Below are positions 1-15,800 of a stretch of 64,000 bases of DNA, piece after piece. A program made the position numbers and the translations under genes. The DNA lies in NCBI RefSeq assembly GCF_009914755.1, contig NC_060938.1. The stretch is one strand, 5' to 3'. Below the pieces are notes generated by a model. That model was not told where the DNA came from. It did no database searches and worked only from the letters and a program-made list of their open reading frames with translations. Source of the stretch: the human T2T-CHM13v2.0 reference genome, Homo sapiens. Position 1 is the first letter of the stretch. Each line of letters begins with the position of its first letter.

Positions 1-1378
1 GAGCATGTCATCTTGCTTTCATGTTCTTGTATAATCACTAGACTCATTTTTGACTTTTGACTTCTATAACAGTGTACAATAATAGTCATTCCTTTTATTC
101 AATCAACAAGTGTTTATTGAGCATCTACCTCTTTCACTTTCTGGGGTTTTTTTGGTTGTTTCTGTCCCTCTCTCTCTCTCTCCCTCTCAATACCTTTGTT
201 ACGCTTTCACTATCAAACTGACCCTGTTTCTTGTCTTTAAGAGCATTTCCTTAAAGTTCAGACTTTGGTCTTCTGTCTTCCTCTTTTCATTCTTTCTTCC
301 TTCCTTTACATGTTCTGTGACAATAAGATCCTCTGTAATTTGTCTCAACCAATCTTACCTTCCTTATTTCCAAATAAAACACAGTATGCCCTCTATCTCT
401 GTATTCTTAGGCTGTTTTATTATCCAGGAACGGCTTTCCTCTCACACATCTCTATCTGATTGTTCATGTCTTATCTAACTTTAAAGACCTCACTTAATCT
501 TTCCCCTTTTTATGAACTCAATTTGATCCCTTCTCCCCCAACTCTAAAATAAAATTTAGAAATAACTCACTATCTGAATTATCTTAAAATTTTATTTATT
601 TCTCTTGGGGCACTTATCAGTTTATACAAAGTGGCATTTGTATGTGCCATCTAATTTTTTTGTATTTTTTAATTGACGTCATATTTAGTTGTACATATTT
701 TTGGGGTACATGTGATATTTTGCTACATGTATACAATATGTAATAATCAAATCAGGGTAATTGGGATATCATCACCTCAAACATTTATATTTTTGTATTG
801 GAACATTACAGTTCTTTCTAGTTATTTTGAAACATATAATAAATTGTTATTAACTATAATTTCCATAATGTACTATCAAATACTTACTCTTATCTAACTG
901 TATTTTTGTACTCATCAACCAACTTCTCTTCATCCTCCCCTACCACTCTTCCTTTTCCAGCCTCTAGTAACCATTATTCTACTCTACCTCCATGAGATCC
1001 ACTTTTGTAGCTCCCACATGTGAGTGAGAACATGTAGTATATTTGTCTTTCTGTGCCTGGCTTATTTCACTTAACATAATGAACTCCAGGTCCATCCACG
1101 TTGTTTCAAATGACAGGATTTCATTCTTTTTATGCCCATGTAATAGTCCATTGTATACATGTACCACATTTTTTTATTCATTCATCTGTTGATGGACACT
1201 TAGGTTGATTCCATATCTTGGCTATTATGAATAGTGCTACAATAAATATGGGAGTGCACCTGTCTCTTTGACATAGTAATTTCCTTTCTCTTGGATATCT
1301 ACCCAGCAGTGAGATTTCTGGATCATATGGTAGTTCTATTTTTAGTTTTTCAAGGAACTTCCATACTGCTTTTTGGGG

Positions 1379-1681
1379 TTGTTTGTTTGTTTTTGAGATG
1401 GAGTCTTGCTCTTTCGCTGAGGCTGGAGTACAAGTGGCGCACTCTTGGTTCGCTGCAACTTCTGCCTCCCAGGTTCAAGTAATTCTCCTGCCTCAGCCTC
1501 CCGAGTAGCTGGGATTACAGGTGCCTGACACCACGCCTGGCTAAATTTTTTTTGTGTTATTAGTAGAGACGGGGTTTCACCATGTTGGCCGGGCTGGTCT
1601 CAACCTCCTGACCTCAAGTAATCCACCCTCCTCAGCCTCCCAAAGTGCTGGGATTACAGATGGGAGCCACTGTGCCCAGCC
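1379..1681 (-). repeat. Alu (AluS-like) in L1
   Basis: Full dimer; TSD-like catactg[c/t]ttttt. Confidence 0.9.
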
Positions 1682-2287
1682 TCATACTGTTTTTCATAAC
1701 GGTTGTCCTACTTTACATTCCCATCAACAGTGTACAGGCATTCCCCTTTCTCTGCATCTCTGCCAGCACTTGATTTTTTGTCTTTTTGATAATAACCATT
1801 CTAACTATAGTGAGATGATAACCCATTGTGGTTTTGATTTGCATTTCCCTGATGATTGATGTTGAATTTTTTCATTTAACTGTTGGCCATTTGTATGTCT
1901 GCTTTTGTAGAGATGTCTATTCAGGTATGTTGCCCATTTTTAATTTGATTATCTATCTTTTTGCTATTGATTGTTTGAGTTCCTTATATATTCTGGTTAT
2001 TAATCCCTTGTTGAATGGATAACTTGTAAATATTTACTCCCATTCTATAGGTTGTCACTTCACTTTGTTAATTGTTTCCTTTGCTTTGCAGGAGCTTTTT
2101 AGCCTGATGTAATCCCATTTGTCTATTATTACTTTGGTTGCCTATGCTTTTGAGGCCTTACCCAAAAAATATTTGCCCAGATGAAGGTCCTGGAGCATTT
2201 CCCCAGTGTTTTCTTCTAGTACTTTCATAGTTTCAGGTCTTAAATTTATGTTTTAAATCCATTTTTGTAGATGGTGAGAGATGGGGC

Positions 2288-2590
<303 letters not shown>

Positions 2591-4264
2591 AAAATGGGGC
2601 TGTTTAATTCCTCTGCATATGGATAACCAGTTTTCCCAGCACCATTTATTGAGATTGTGACTTCCCCCAGTGTATGTTCTGGGCATCTTTGTCAAAAATA
2701 AGTTGGCTATAAGTGTGTGGATTTATTTCTGAGTTCTGTGTTCTATTCCACTGGTCTGTGTGTCTGTTTTTATGCCAGTACCATGCTGTTTTGGATACTA
2801 TAGCTTTGCAGTATAATTTAAAATCAAATATTGTGATGCTTCCAACTTCATTCTTTTTACTTAGGATTGCTTTAGCTATTCAGGGTCTTTTGTGGTTCCA
2901 TATAATTTTAGGACTTTTCTTCTATTTCTTTGAAGAATGTAATTGCTATTTTGACAGATATTTCATTGAATCTGTAGATCACTTTGGGTAGTATAGAAAT
3001 TTTCACAATATTGATTCTTTCAATTAATGAGCATGGGATGTCTTTCCATTTTTTGTGTCCTCTTCAATTTCTTTCTTCACTATTTCATGGTTTTCATTAT
3101 AGAGATCTTTTACTTCTTAGGTTTAATTTATTCCTGGATATTTTTTGGTAGCTCTTGTAAATGAGATTGATTTCTTGATTTCTTTTTCAGATTGATCACT
3201 GTTAACATATAGAAACACTACTGATTTCTGTATGTTGATTTTGTATCCTTCAATTTTACTGATCATTTATCAGTTCTAATAGTTCTTTGTGGAATCTTTA
3301 AGTTTTTCAAAATATGAGATCATATAATCTGTAACAAGGATTAATTTGACTTCTTCCTTTCTAGTCTGGATGCCCTTTATTTCTTTCTCTTGCCTAATTG
3401 CTCTGGCTTAGACTTCCAGTACTATGTTGTGTAAAAGTGGTGAAAGTGGGCATCCTTATGTTGTTCCAGATTTTAGTGGAAAGGCTTTCAATTTTTCCCC
3501 ATTCAATATAGTATTAGTTGTGTGTTTGTCATATTTAGACTTTATCTTGCTGAGGTATGTTCTGTACCCTATTTTTTTATGGCTTTTATCATGAAAGGAT
3601 GTTGAATTTTACTGAATGCTTTTTAAGCATCTATTGAAATGAACATGTGGTTTTTGTTCTTCATTCTGTTGCTGCGATATATCACATTTGTTGATTTGTG
3701 TACATTGAGCCTTCCTTGCATCCCTGGGATGAATCAATTTGATCATGGCAAATGATCTTTTCAATGTGTTGTTGAATTCTGTTTGCCAGTATTTTGTCAA
3801 GGATGTTTGCATCTATTTTCATCAGAGATGTTGGCCTGTAGAGTTTTTTGTTGTTTGTCTCTTTTCCTGTTTTTGGCATCAGAGGGTAATGCTAGCCTCA
3901 TAGAATGATTTTGGAAATGTTCCCGCTCCTTCAATTTTTTGAAATTGTTTGAGCAGAATTGGTATTAGTTCTTCTTTAAACTTTCAGTAGAATTTAGCTG
4001 TGAAGCCATAAGGTCCTGTGCTTTTTCTTTGTTGGGGGACTTTATTACTGTTTTAATACTGTTACTCATTATTGATGTATTCAGGTTTTCTTCGTTATTC
4101 AGTCATGGTAGGTTATATGTGTTCAGGAACTTATCCATTTCTTCCAGGTTTTCTAATTTGTTGGCATGTAGTTCGTAATAGTCTCTAATGATTTCTTGTA
4201 TTTCTGTGGTATCTGTTATAATGTTTCCTTTTCTTTTTCTTTTTTATTTTACATGAATAGTGCT

Positions 4265-4490
4265 TTTATTTATTAATTAAATTTGTTTATTTACTTTGAG
4301 ACAGTGTCTTGCTGTGTCACCCAGGCTGGAGTGGGCAATGGTGTGATCTCAGCTCACTACAGCCTGGACCTCCCAGGCTCAAGTGATCCTCCCACCTCAG
4401 ACTCCCAGGGCTGGGACTACAGGCATGTGCCACCACACCCAGCCAATTTTTTAAATTTTTTGTAGACAGAATCTATGTTGTCCAGGCTGC
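4265..4490 (-). repeat. Truncated AluJ-like element
   Basis: Right arm plus partial left arm. Confidence 0.8.
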
Positions 4491-5436
4491 TAATGTTTCT
4501 CTTTTCATCCTTAGTTTTAATTATTTGAGTCTTCTCTTTTTGTTAGTCTAGCTAAGTTTGTTGATTTATTTTTTCAAAAAACAAACTTTTTGTTTTGTTC
4601 CTCTTTTGTATTTTTTTAAGTCTCAATTTCATTTATTTCTGCTTTAATCTTCATTATTTCTTTCCTTCTACTAATTTTGGCTTTGGCTTGCTCTTGCTTT
4701 TCTGTTTCCTTGAGATACATTATTAGATTGTTTATTTGTCTTTCTATTTTTTTGATGGAGGCATTTACTTCTATAAACTTCCCTCTTGCTGCTGCATTTG
4801 CTGTATCCTATAGTTTCTGGTATGTTGTGTTTCCATTTTTGTTTTTCTCAAGAAATTTTTTAATTTCCTTAACTTATTCGTTGAGCCATTGATCGTTCAG
4901 GAACATGTTATTTAATTTCCATGTATTTTTACAGTTTCAGAAGTTCCTCCTGTTACTGATTTCTAGTCTTGCTCTGTTGCAGCCAGAAAAGATATTGATA
5001 TGATTTGACTTTGTTTAATTAATTTGTTGAGACTTGTTTTCTGGCCTAACATATGGTCTATTCTGGAGAATGTTTTAGGTACTGATGAGAAAAATGTGCA
5101 TTCTGCAGCAGTTGGATGAAATGTTTTATGGATGTCTGTTAGGGCTAGTTGGCTTAGAGTATAATTTATCTCCAATGTTTCTTTGTTGATTTTCCACCTG
5201 GATGATCTGTCCGTTGCTAAAAGTGAGGTGTTGAAGTCCCCTACTGCTACTGTATTGCAGTTTATCTCTCCCTTTAGCTTTGCTAATATTAATATTTGCT
5301 TCATATATTTGGGTGTTCTTGGTGTTGGATGTATATATATTTATTGTTGTCATGTCTTCTTGCTCAGTTGACTGACACCTTTGTATAATGACGTTTGTGT
5401 CTTTTTACAATTTTTGACTTAAAGTCTATTTTATCT

Positions 5437-5744
<308 letters not shown>

Positions 5745-8192
5745 CTATTTTATCTGATATGAATATAGCTCTTCCTACTCCTTTTTGGTTTCCATTTGCA
5801 TGGAATATCTTTTTCCATCCCCTCACTTTCAGTGTATTGTGTCTTTACAGGTGAAGTGATTTTCCTGTAGGCAACATATAGTTAGATCATGTTTTTTAAT
5901 CCATTTTGCCACTCTGTATCTTTTAATTAGACAGTTTAATCCATTTACACTAAATGTTACTATTGATATGTCAGGATTTACTGCCATTTTTGCTTCTTTT
6001 CTAACTCCTCTCTTCCTTTCTTCCTTTTTTACTGTCTTCTTTTGTGGTTAAGTGATTTCTCTGGCAGTATGTTTTAATCTATTGCTTTTTATTTTTAGTG
6101 TATCTGTTATAGATTTTTGCTTTGTGGTTACCATGAGGCTTACAAAAAATATTCTGTAGTTAACAACAAGTTACTTAAGATTGATAACAACTTTGATCAC
6201 AAAAAGAAGAGAAAACAAAGAACACTGTACACATTAGCTCCATTCTCTTCCCCACATTTTGAACGTTTGATGTCACAATTTGCATTTTTATATTGCCTGT
6301 CTCTTGGTAAATTGTAGTCATTATTTTTAATACTTCTGTCTTTTAGTCTTCTTAGTAAATATATAAGTGGTTTATGCATCATGATTATAATATTAGTGTA
6401 ACAATCATGTTAACAGTCTTTTTCCTGTGGTTTAAAAAAATTCCCTTTAGCATTTATTGTAGGACAGCTCTGGTGATAAATTCCCAGTTTTTGTTTGTGA
6501 AAGTCTCTCTTTCACTTCTAAATAATAGCTTTGCTAGATAGAGTATTCTTAGAAGGCTTTTTTTTTTTCCATCAGCACTCTGAATATATCATCCCATTCA
6601 CTCCTGGCCCGTAATGTTTCTGCTGAGAAGTCTGCTGCCAGGTGTATTGGATCTTTCCTAAATGTTATTTGCATCTTTACTCTTGCTGCTTTCAGGATCT
6701 TCTCTTTGTCTTTCACCTTTGGGAGTTTGATTATATGTCTTAGAGTATCTTTACTTGGACTGACTCTGATTGGTGACCTTTGACTTTCCTGTACCTGGAT
6801 ATTTGTATCTTTCTCCAGGTTTGGGAAGTTTTCTGTTATTATTTCTTCAAATAAACTTTCTACCCCTGTCTTTCTCAGTTCCCTACCTAACTCCAACACC
6901 CCAAATATTTGCTTTTTTATGTTGGCCCACAGATTCATAAGCTTTCTTCATTTCTTTTTTTTCTTTTTTCTCCCCTGTGTATTTTCAGCTAGTCTGTTTT
7001 CAAGCTCACTGATTGTTCTGTTTAACCAATTCTGCTGTTGCTCCCTATTACATCTTTCATTTCATTCAGTGTATTTTCAGCTCCTGAGTTTCTGTTTGAT
7101 TGTTTTTATTATTTCAATCTCTATATTAAATTTCTTTGATATATTCCTCATTTGAGTCTCTGTGATTTCCTGAAGTTCATTGACCTTCCTTAAAACAGCT
7201 ATTTAAAATTCTTTGAGAGATCTCACATCTCCATCACTTTGGGGTAAGTGGCACCTTATTTTATCCATTTGATGAGGTCATATTTCTCTGAATGTTCTTG
7301 ATGCTTGTGGAAGTATGACGGTGTCTACACACCAAGGGGTTACATTTTTATTTTAGTTTTCACAGTCTGGCTTTGTTTATGCCTGGCCTTCTTCAGAGGG
7401 CCTTCCAGGGATTCTAAACAGACTGACTTGTGTTTCCTGAGCCTGTGTCTACTGCAGTTGTCTCAGCACTGGAGGACGCTCTAAGCCTAGGCTTGCTCCA
7501 TGTCTTGTGAGGGCTCGGAAGTTGATGCCAATTTCTGGCCCAGATGGATCTGGGGAAGACACAAGGAAGGTACCGGGGCTGGGTGGGAATGCTGGCCAGG
7601 GACCCAAGTCCAGAAAACTGTCCCAGTGGCCCAGATGGGTGTGCCTCCCAGCAGGTATTTACACAGGAGTAGGTGGAGCTTAAGAGACAAAGGCAGTATG
7701 ACTTCAATGGCATGTAAGACCTGGCCTTTGACTATTTTTGTGATTCCCCTACCACTATCACTCTCCTCTTCCTTTTCTAGCCACATTGGCTTTTTGTGCC
7801 CCAACTTCTCACCGCAAAACATACACTAAGTTTATTCCAGCCATATAGACTTTGTATTGTATATATTGTTCCCTCTGCCTAAATTGCATTTTCTACAGGT
7901 ACCTATGTGATGGCTTCTTTGCATTCAGGCCTCAGTCGCTTTTTCAAAGTTGCTCTTCTTCACTACCCAAATAAGACTATCCCCCATTCTGATTACTACA
8001 TCTGTCACCCTCTTTTGTTATCTTCACAGCATTTATCAGTAGCCAAAATTATTTATTCATTTATTTTCTTAGTTATTTTCTGCTTCTCCCTGCTAAAGTA
8101 TAAACCAGGAAAGGAGCTCTCTTATTTGTGTTATTCATTTTTCAGTCCTTTTCTAAAATAATGCCTGGCATATTTTAGTGAAGTGAAGACAA

Positions 8193-8525
8193 GGGTAGTC
8201 TCCCCTTATCTGCGGTTTCCTTTCCACGATTTCAGTTACTGCAGTCAACCTCAGTCTGAAAATAGGTGAGTACAGTACAATAAAATATATTGAGAGAGAG
8301 ATGACCACATTCACATACCTTTTATTACAGCATTTTGTTATAATTATTCCATTTATTACTATTTTGTTAATTTCTTACTATGCCTGATTTATAAATTAAA
8401 TTTTATTATAGGTATGTATGGATAAGAAAAAAAGTAGTACATATCGGGTTTGGTACTATCCATAGTTTCAGGTATCCACTTAGGGTTTTGGAACAAATAC
8501 CCTATGGGTAAGGAGGGGACGACTG
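8193..8525 (+). mobile_element. MER44A-like Tigger-derived MITE, inserted in an L2 3' end
   Basis: Termini gtagtctccccttatctgcgg ... ggtaaggaggggacgactg; internal gtgagtacagtacaataa. Confidence 0.8.
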
Positions 8526-10407
8526 TAGTAGATGTTCGGTAAATATTTGTTGAATAAATACATTCTATGCTTGCATATAGTCTTAGCCAGAGCAGCTTTA
8601 CTTTAGTAACCAAATAAGCCTTCACAACTGGGTTGTATCAAGAGCAAATTGAACCAATAAACATGCCCAAGTTCACATAGTTGAACCAGGATTCAAACTC
8701 AAGTCTGACCATAGGTCTCTGCTAGTAACCACCATGCATTGACTCCATTTACATCACCCTGTGTTTACTTATAATCTTTTAGGTGTGTATTTTTATATAG
8801 GTTTTAATTTACATGGATATGTTTGTTTGCTTATTAATAACATTATTTCACATAAATTCTTATTGGATTTTGCCATAATACTCTCCAAAAGAATAAATCA
8901 TTTTATAATGCTATCATTAATATAAAAGTATACCTTGTTTCCTCTGCTCCATCAATATTTGGGTCTAAATTTTATTTATTTTGGTTTTTTCATTGATATG
9001 CCTTAAAAGTTTTAATTTAGATTTATCTAATTGTTATGCATTTATAATTCATGTAGATAATTATTCACATTTCTATATGTATAAACTATTTCTCAATGAT
9101 TTGTAGAGTGGAATCTGGGAATTTATTCTTTATATCTTTGGCATGTGTGATTTCTGTTTATATTAAAATGTTATCTTTTTTAAGAATGATAGCCTTCGTA
9201 AGTCTAATGTGTACCTAGTTATGAATAGATATTTAATCTTATTAAATTCTTGTTAATTACTTTATATTGCTACAGTTTTCCTTTTCTATTTATTATACAA
9301 ATATAGTAAATTGTTTGACTAGATTTTTGTCATATTCCTTGAATTTTAAGGATACAACCTCCTTTTGTTATTTTTTGTTATTTTTTTAATTTTGGTATTT
9401 TCATTGTTATATTATTTAAAATGTTATTAAACCTACACTTGAAGTAAAATTAACCAACTTTTTTTGACTTTTTAGTATCTTTTCAGGTTTCAGGATATAA
9501 ATGTATTTATTTCAAATAAATTGTACACTACATAGTACAAAGTAGTAATAACTCAAGGTCTAGAGTTATATTGCTGGATTTAAATCAGAGATCTGCCATT
9601 TATCAGCTCTATGACTTTAACCTCTCTGTCCACCTTTAAACTGAAGATAAAGTATAGTAATCATGTCCATAGTGGTGTTGCAAGGATGAAATAATAATGT
9701 ATGGAAAGTCATAGTATATTACGTGGCACTAAAAATATAAATGTTGACTCGCTATCATCTTCATCATCATATTTTGACATAGTTTATAGAATAGGCTTGT
9801 TCTTACAAAACTTGGAAAAATCCTTTCATTACCCATTTGGCAGAATGTTGTTCTTTGGTAAACTTTTTTGGTTTTCTTTTGTTTTTCACTGTTATTTGTC
9901 TGTTAACTGGTTTTATTTCTACCAGACTTGCTGTTTTATAGTTTTATGGGCAGTTAGCCATATTATCCTTACTAAAAATGTATTTTTTCTGATTATTAAA
10001 ACTTGGCAATATGAAAGAATATGATTTCTTTAATGTTCTAAACAGCCGTAGTGTCACCACTGACACTTAACTGTATTTGGAACTCAGTGTAAATGTAAAT
10101 ATAATTTTATACCCTGCTTTTCCCCTTATACTAGTAAAGGATTTTCTCATGCTATTAAAAATTCTTTTTAAGGCTGCATAACATTTCATCATATACCAAA
10201 ATTAATTCTTATCCTACTGATAGGCCTTTAAGTGGTTTTCAAAAAAGAATGTCAGCCTCCATAATGTTAATTTTCTTCAAAATCAGTTTTGTTTTGCTTT
10301 TTATTTTTAGTAAGAGTTAGAGGTTTTAGTAATTACATCTAGAACTGTGTATCCCAGCCTCAGTTTACAGAGCACTCACGTATCTTTTATGTTATGATTT
10401 GCATTAC

Positions 10408-10709
10408 TTTTTTTTCTTGATAGAGACACATTCTCACTGTGTCACCCAGGCTGGAATGTAGTGGCGCAATTATAGCTTACTGTAACCTCAAACTCCTGGG
10501 CTTATGTAATTCTCCTACCTCAGCCTCCCAAGTAGCTAGAACTGCGAGCATTCACCACCACACTCAGCTTTTTTTTTTTTTTTTTCTTTGGAGAGAACAA
10601 GTCTTGCTATGTTGCCCAGGCTGCTCTCAAACTCCTGGCCTCAGATGATCCTGTCATCTTGGCCTTCCAAAGTACTGGGATTACAAGCATGAGCCATGGT
10701 ACTCAGCCC
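10408..10709 (-). repeat. AluJ-like element
   Basis: Diverged dimer. Confidence 0.85.
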
Positions 10710-10804
10710 ATTATTATTTTTTTTAATTCTTAGAAAATTTTTTATTTTTAATTTTTGTGGGTGATTATAAGGTATATATGTATGGGGTATATAAAATATT
10801 TTTG

Positions 10805-11145
<341 letters not shown>

Positions 11146-11906
11146 TTATGGAAAATGCAATATCCATCCCCTCAAGCATTTATCCTTTGTGTTACAAACA
11201 ATTCAATTATACCCTTTTAGTTATTTTAGAATACACAATTAAATTATTATCCATAGTCACCCTGTTGTGCTATCAACTAGGTCTTATTAATTCTTTCTAA
11301 CTACTTTTTGTACCCATTAACCATCCCCACTTCTCCCCAACCCCTCCACTACCCTTCCCAACCTCTGGTAACCATCCTTCTACTCTCTATCTCCATGAGT
11401 TCAATTGTTCTGATTTTTAGCTCCAACAAATAAGTGAGAACATGCGATGTTTGTCTTTCTGTGCCTGGCATATTTTATTTAACATGATGATCTCCAGTTC
11501 CATGTTGTTGCAGATTACAGGATCTCATTCTTTCTTATGGCTGAATAGTACTCCATTGTGTGTAAGTACCACATTTCTTTACCCATTCATGTGTTGATGG
11601 ACACTTAGGTTGCTTGCAAATCTTGGCTGTTTGGACAGTGCTGGCTGCAACAGACATGGGAGTGCAGATATCTCTTTGATATACTGATTTCCTTTCTTTT
11701 GGGTATATACCCAGCAGTGGGATTGCTGGATTGTATGGTAGCTCTGTTTTTAGTTTTTTGAGGAGCCTCCAAACCATTCTCCATAGTGGTTGTACTAATT
11801 TACATTCCCACCAACAGTGTCCAAGGTTCCCTTTTCCTCACAACCTTACCAGTATTTGTTATTGCCTGTTTTTTGAATGAAAGCCCATTTCACTGGGATG
11901 AGATGA

Positions 11907-12253
<347 letters not shown>

Positions 12254-12326
12254 AGCACTTTTTCATATTCTTGTTCGCCATTCATAAGTCTTCTTTTGAG
12301 AAATATCTTTTCAAAGCTTTTGACCA

Positions 12327-12630
<304 letters not shown>

Positions 12631-14104
12631 CCCATTTTTAAATCAGATTATTAAATTTTTTTTCCTATAGAGTTTGAGTTCCTCATATATTCTGGTTATT
12701 AATCCCTTGTCAGATGAGTAGTTTGCAAATGTTTTTTTCCATTCTGTGGGTTGTCTCTTCACTTTCTTAACTGTTTCCTTTGCTGCACAGAAGCTTTTTA
12801 ACTCGATAGGATCCAATCCATCCATTTTTGCTTTGGTTGCTTGCGCTTGTGGAGTACTACTCAAGAAACTTTTGCCCAGACCAATGTCTTGGAGAGTTTC
12901 CCCAAGTAGTAGTAGTTTCATAATTTGAGGTCTTAGATTTAAGTGTTTAATTCGTTTTGATTTAATTTTTGCATGTAGCAAGAGATAAGGGTACAGTTTC
13001 ATTCTTCTGCATATGTATATCCAGTTTTCTGAGCACCATTTATTGAAGAAACTACCTTTTCCCCAGTGTATGTTCTTGGCACCTTTGTCAAAAATGAGTT
13101 CACTATAGGTGTGTGGATTGGTTTCTGGGTTCTCTATTCTGTCCTACTGGTTTATGTGTCTGTTTTTATGTCAGTATCATGCTGTTTAGGTTACTAAAGC
13201 TCTGTAGTATAATTTGAAGTCAAGTAATATGATTGCTCGAGTTTTGTTCTTTTTGCTCAGGATGTCTTTGGCTATTCTGGGTCTTTTGTGGTTCCATATA
13301 CATTTTAGGGTTTTTTTTTTTTTTGGTCATTTCTGTGAAGAATCTCATTGGCATTTTAATAGGGATTGCATTGAATCTGTAGATTGCTTTGGGTAGTATG
13401 GACATTTTAACAATATTGATTCTTCCAATCCATGAACATGAAATATCTTTCCATTTATTTGGTGTCCTCTTCAGTTCCTTTAATCAGTGCTTTATAGTTT
13501 TCATTGTAGAGATCTTTCACTTCTTCGGTTGACTTAATGTTTAGATATTTAATTTTATTTGTGGCTATTATAAATGAGATTACTGGTTTGATTTCTTTTT
13601 CACATTGTTGACTGTTGGCATGTAGAAATGCCACTGATTTGTGAATGTTGATTTTTGTATCCTGCTATTTTTTAATTTGTATTTATTAAGCAACTGAAAC
13701 AGTGCTGTGATTTGATTCTTTTTCAGTATAGCACTCTCACTTGCTTTTTAAATACTAGTTATTGTAAATTTGAATAGTTTATTTCTACTCTTTCATTTTT
13801 TTATTTTCTCACATATTTAAGGTTGCTACTTTCTTCCATGTCAATGTCCTTGTATAGACATTTAATTCATTTTTTGTAAACTAATACAGGTATTTAGAGC
13901 AATATGTTTTCTCAAGTACTGCCTTGGCACCTTTCTATAATCTTGTAATATTATAGCAAAAGTCATTATTTAACAAAAATCAAGAAAATTTCTGTTTGGA
14001 TTTCAGCCCTGTCTCAAACATTGCATATTTACACATCAGTATGAGTTGGAAACTATCTCTAGTTATAAGTCTTCCTTCAGCTCACCTTGGGAAAAAAAGC
14101 CTAA

Positions 14105-14440
<336 letters not shown>

Positions 14441-15240
14441 TAGGTTCCTCGTCTTCCACATGAAATTATAAATTTTACTCTTTGCTTGATTGTCCATGCA
14501 TGGAATCTGACCTACTAAATAATATAGAATTTCTGTATTCCAGGTTCTTGTTAGAGAAAATAAACTCTCAACTGTTAAATTCAGAAGTTTAGTTGCCAGA
14601 AAGATGACCTGAAGGATGTGCATTCCATTTACCCACCTATTCCATTTTATGCTCAGCCCAATCCAGATCATTGAAGTTTTGTACCAAGACTGCATTGTAT
14701 CCTGGGTAGAGTCGTCTTTTCTGACCTCCACTTTGACACCATACTTTGGCCTACAGCAACATATTTGTAAAATTTCTTGTAAGGAAAGTTTATTTTAAAG
14801 CCATAATTGTATAATGTTGTTGAGGATATTGTCTATACAGTGTCTCCAGAAAAGATATTTTGCCCAGATTCAGTACCTAAAAACTGGTATTGGTTAAATC
14901 CTTCTTTCCTCTGGCTGCTATGTTCAGAGGCAAATATGTGGCTCACCTCTGTCAGCCATGGTGATCTTATGATATCTATTTTTGGTACTGGCTCTACCTC
15001 TAGGTTCATCTCAGTTTCTTACCCACCATTCCCTCACACACACACACATATATTTCCATATTTATTTTTATTTTCTGTATATCTCTGTAATTGCTTCAAA
15101 TTCTCTTGTGCAGTGAGAGTGGTATAAATAAAAAATAGAATCAAATATACTTTATATTTCTTTTGTCAGGTATATCAATTTGAAATTAATATGGAAAGGC
15201 CTTAGAGAGAGTGTATTAAGTGATTAAAAGATGGAAACTG

Positions 15241-15800
<560 letters not shown>

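Noticed and set aside
110-478. 122-aa hydrophobic ORF that could be a GPR137C exon
   Set aside because: Pyrimidine-rich low-complexity sequence, no GPR137 motif, no convincing splice sites
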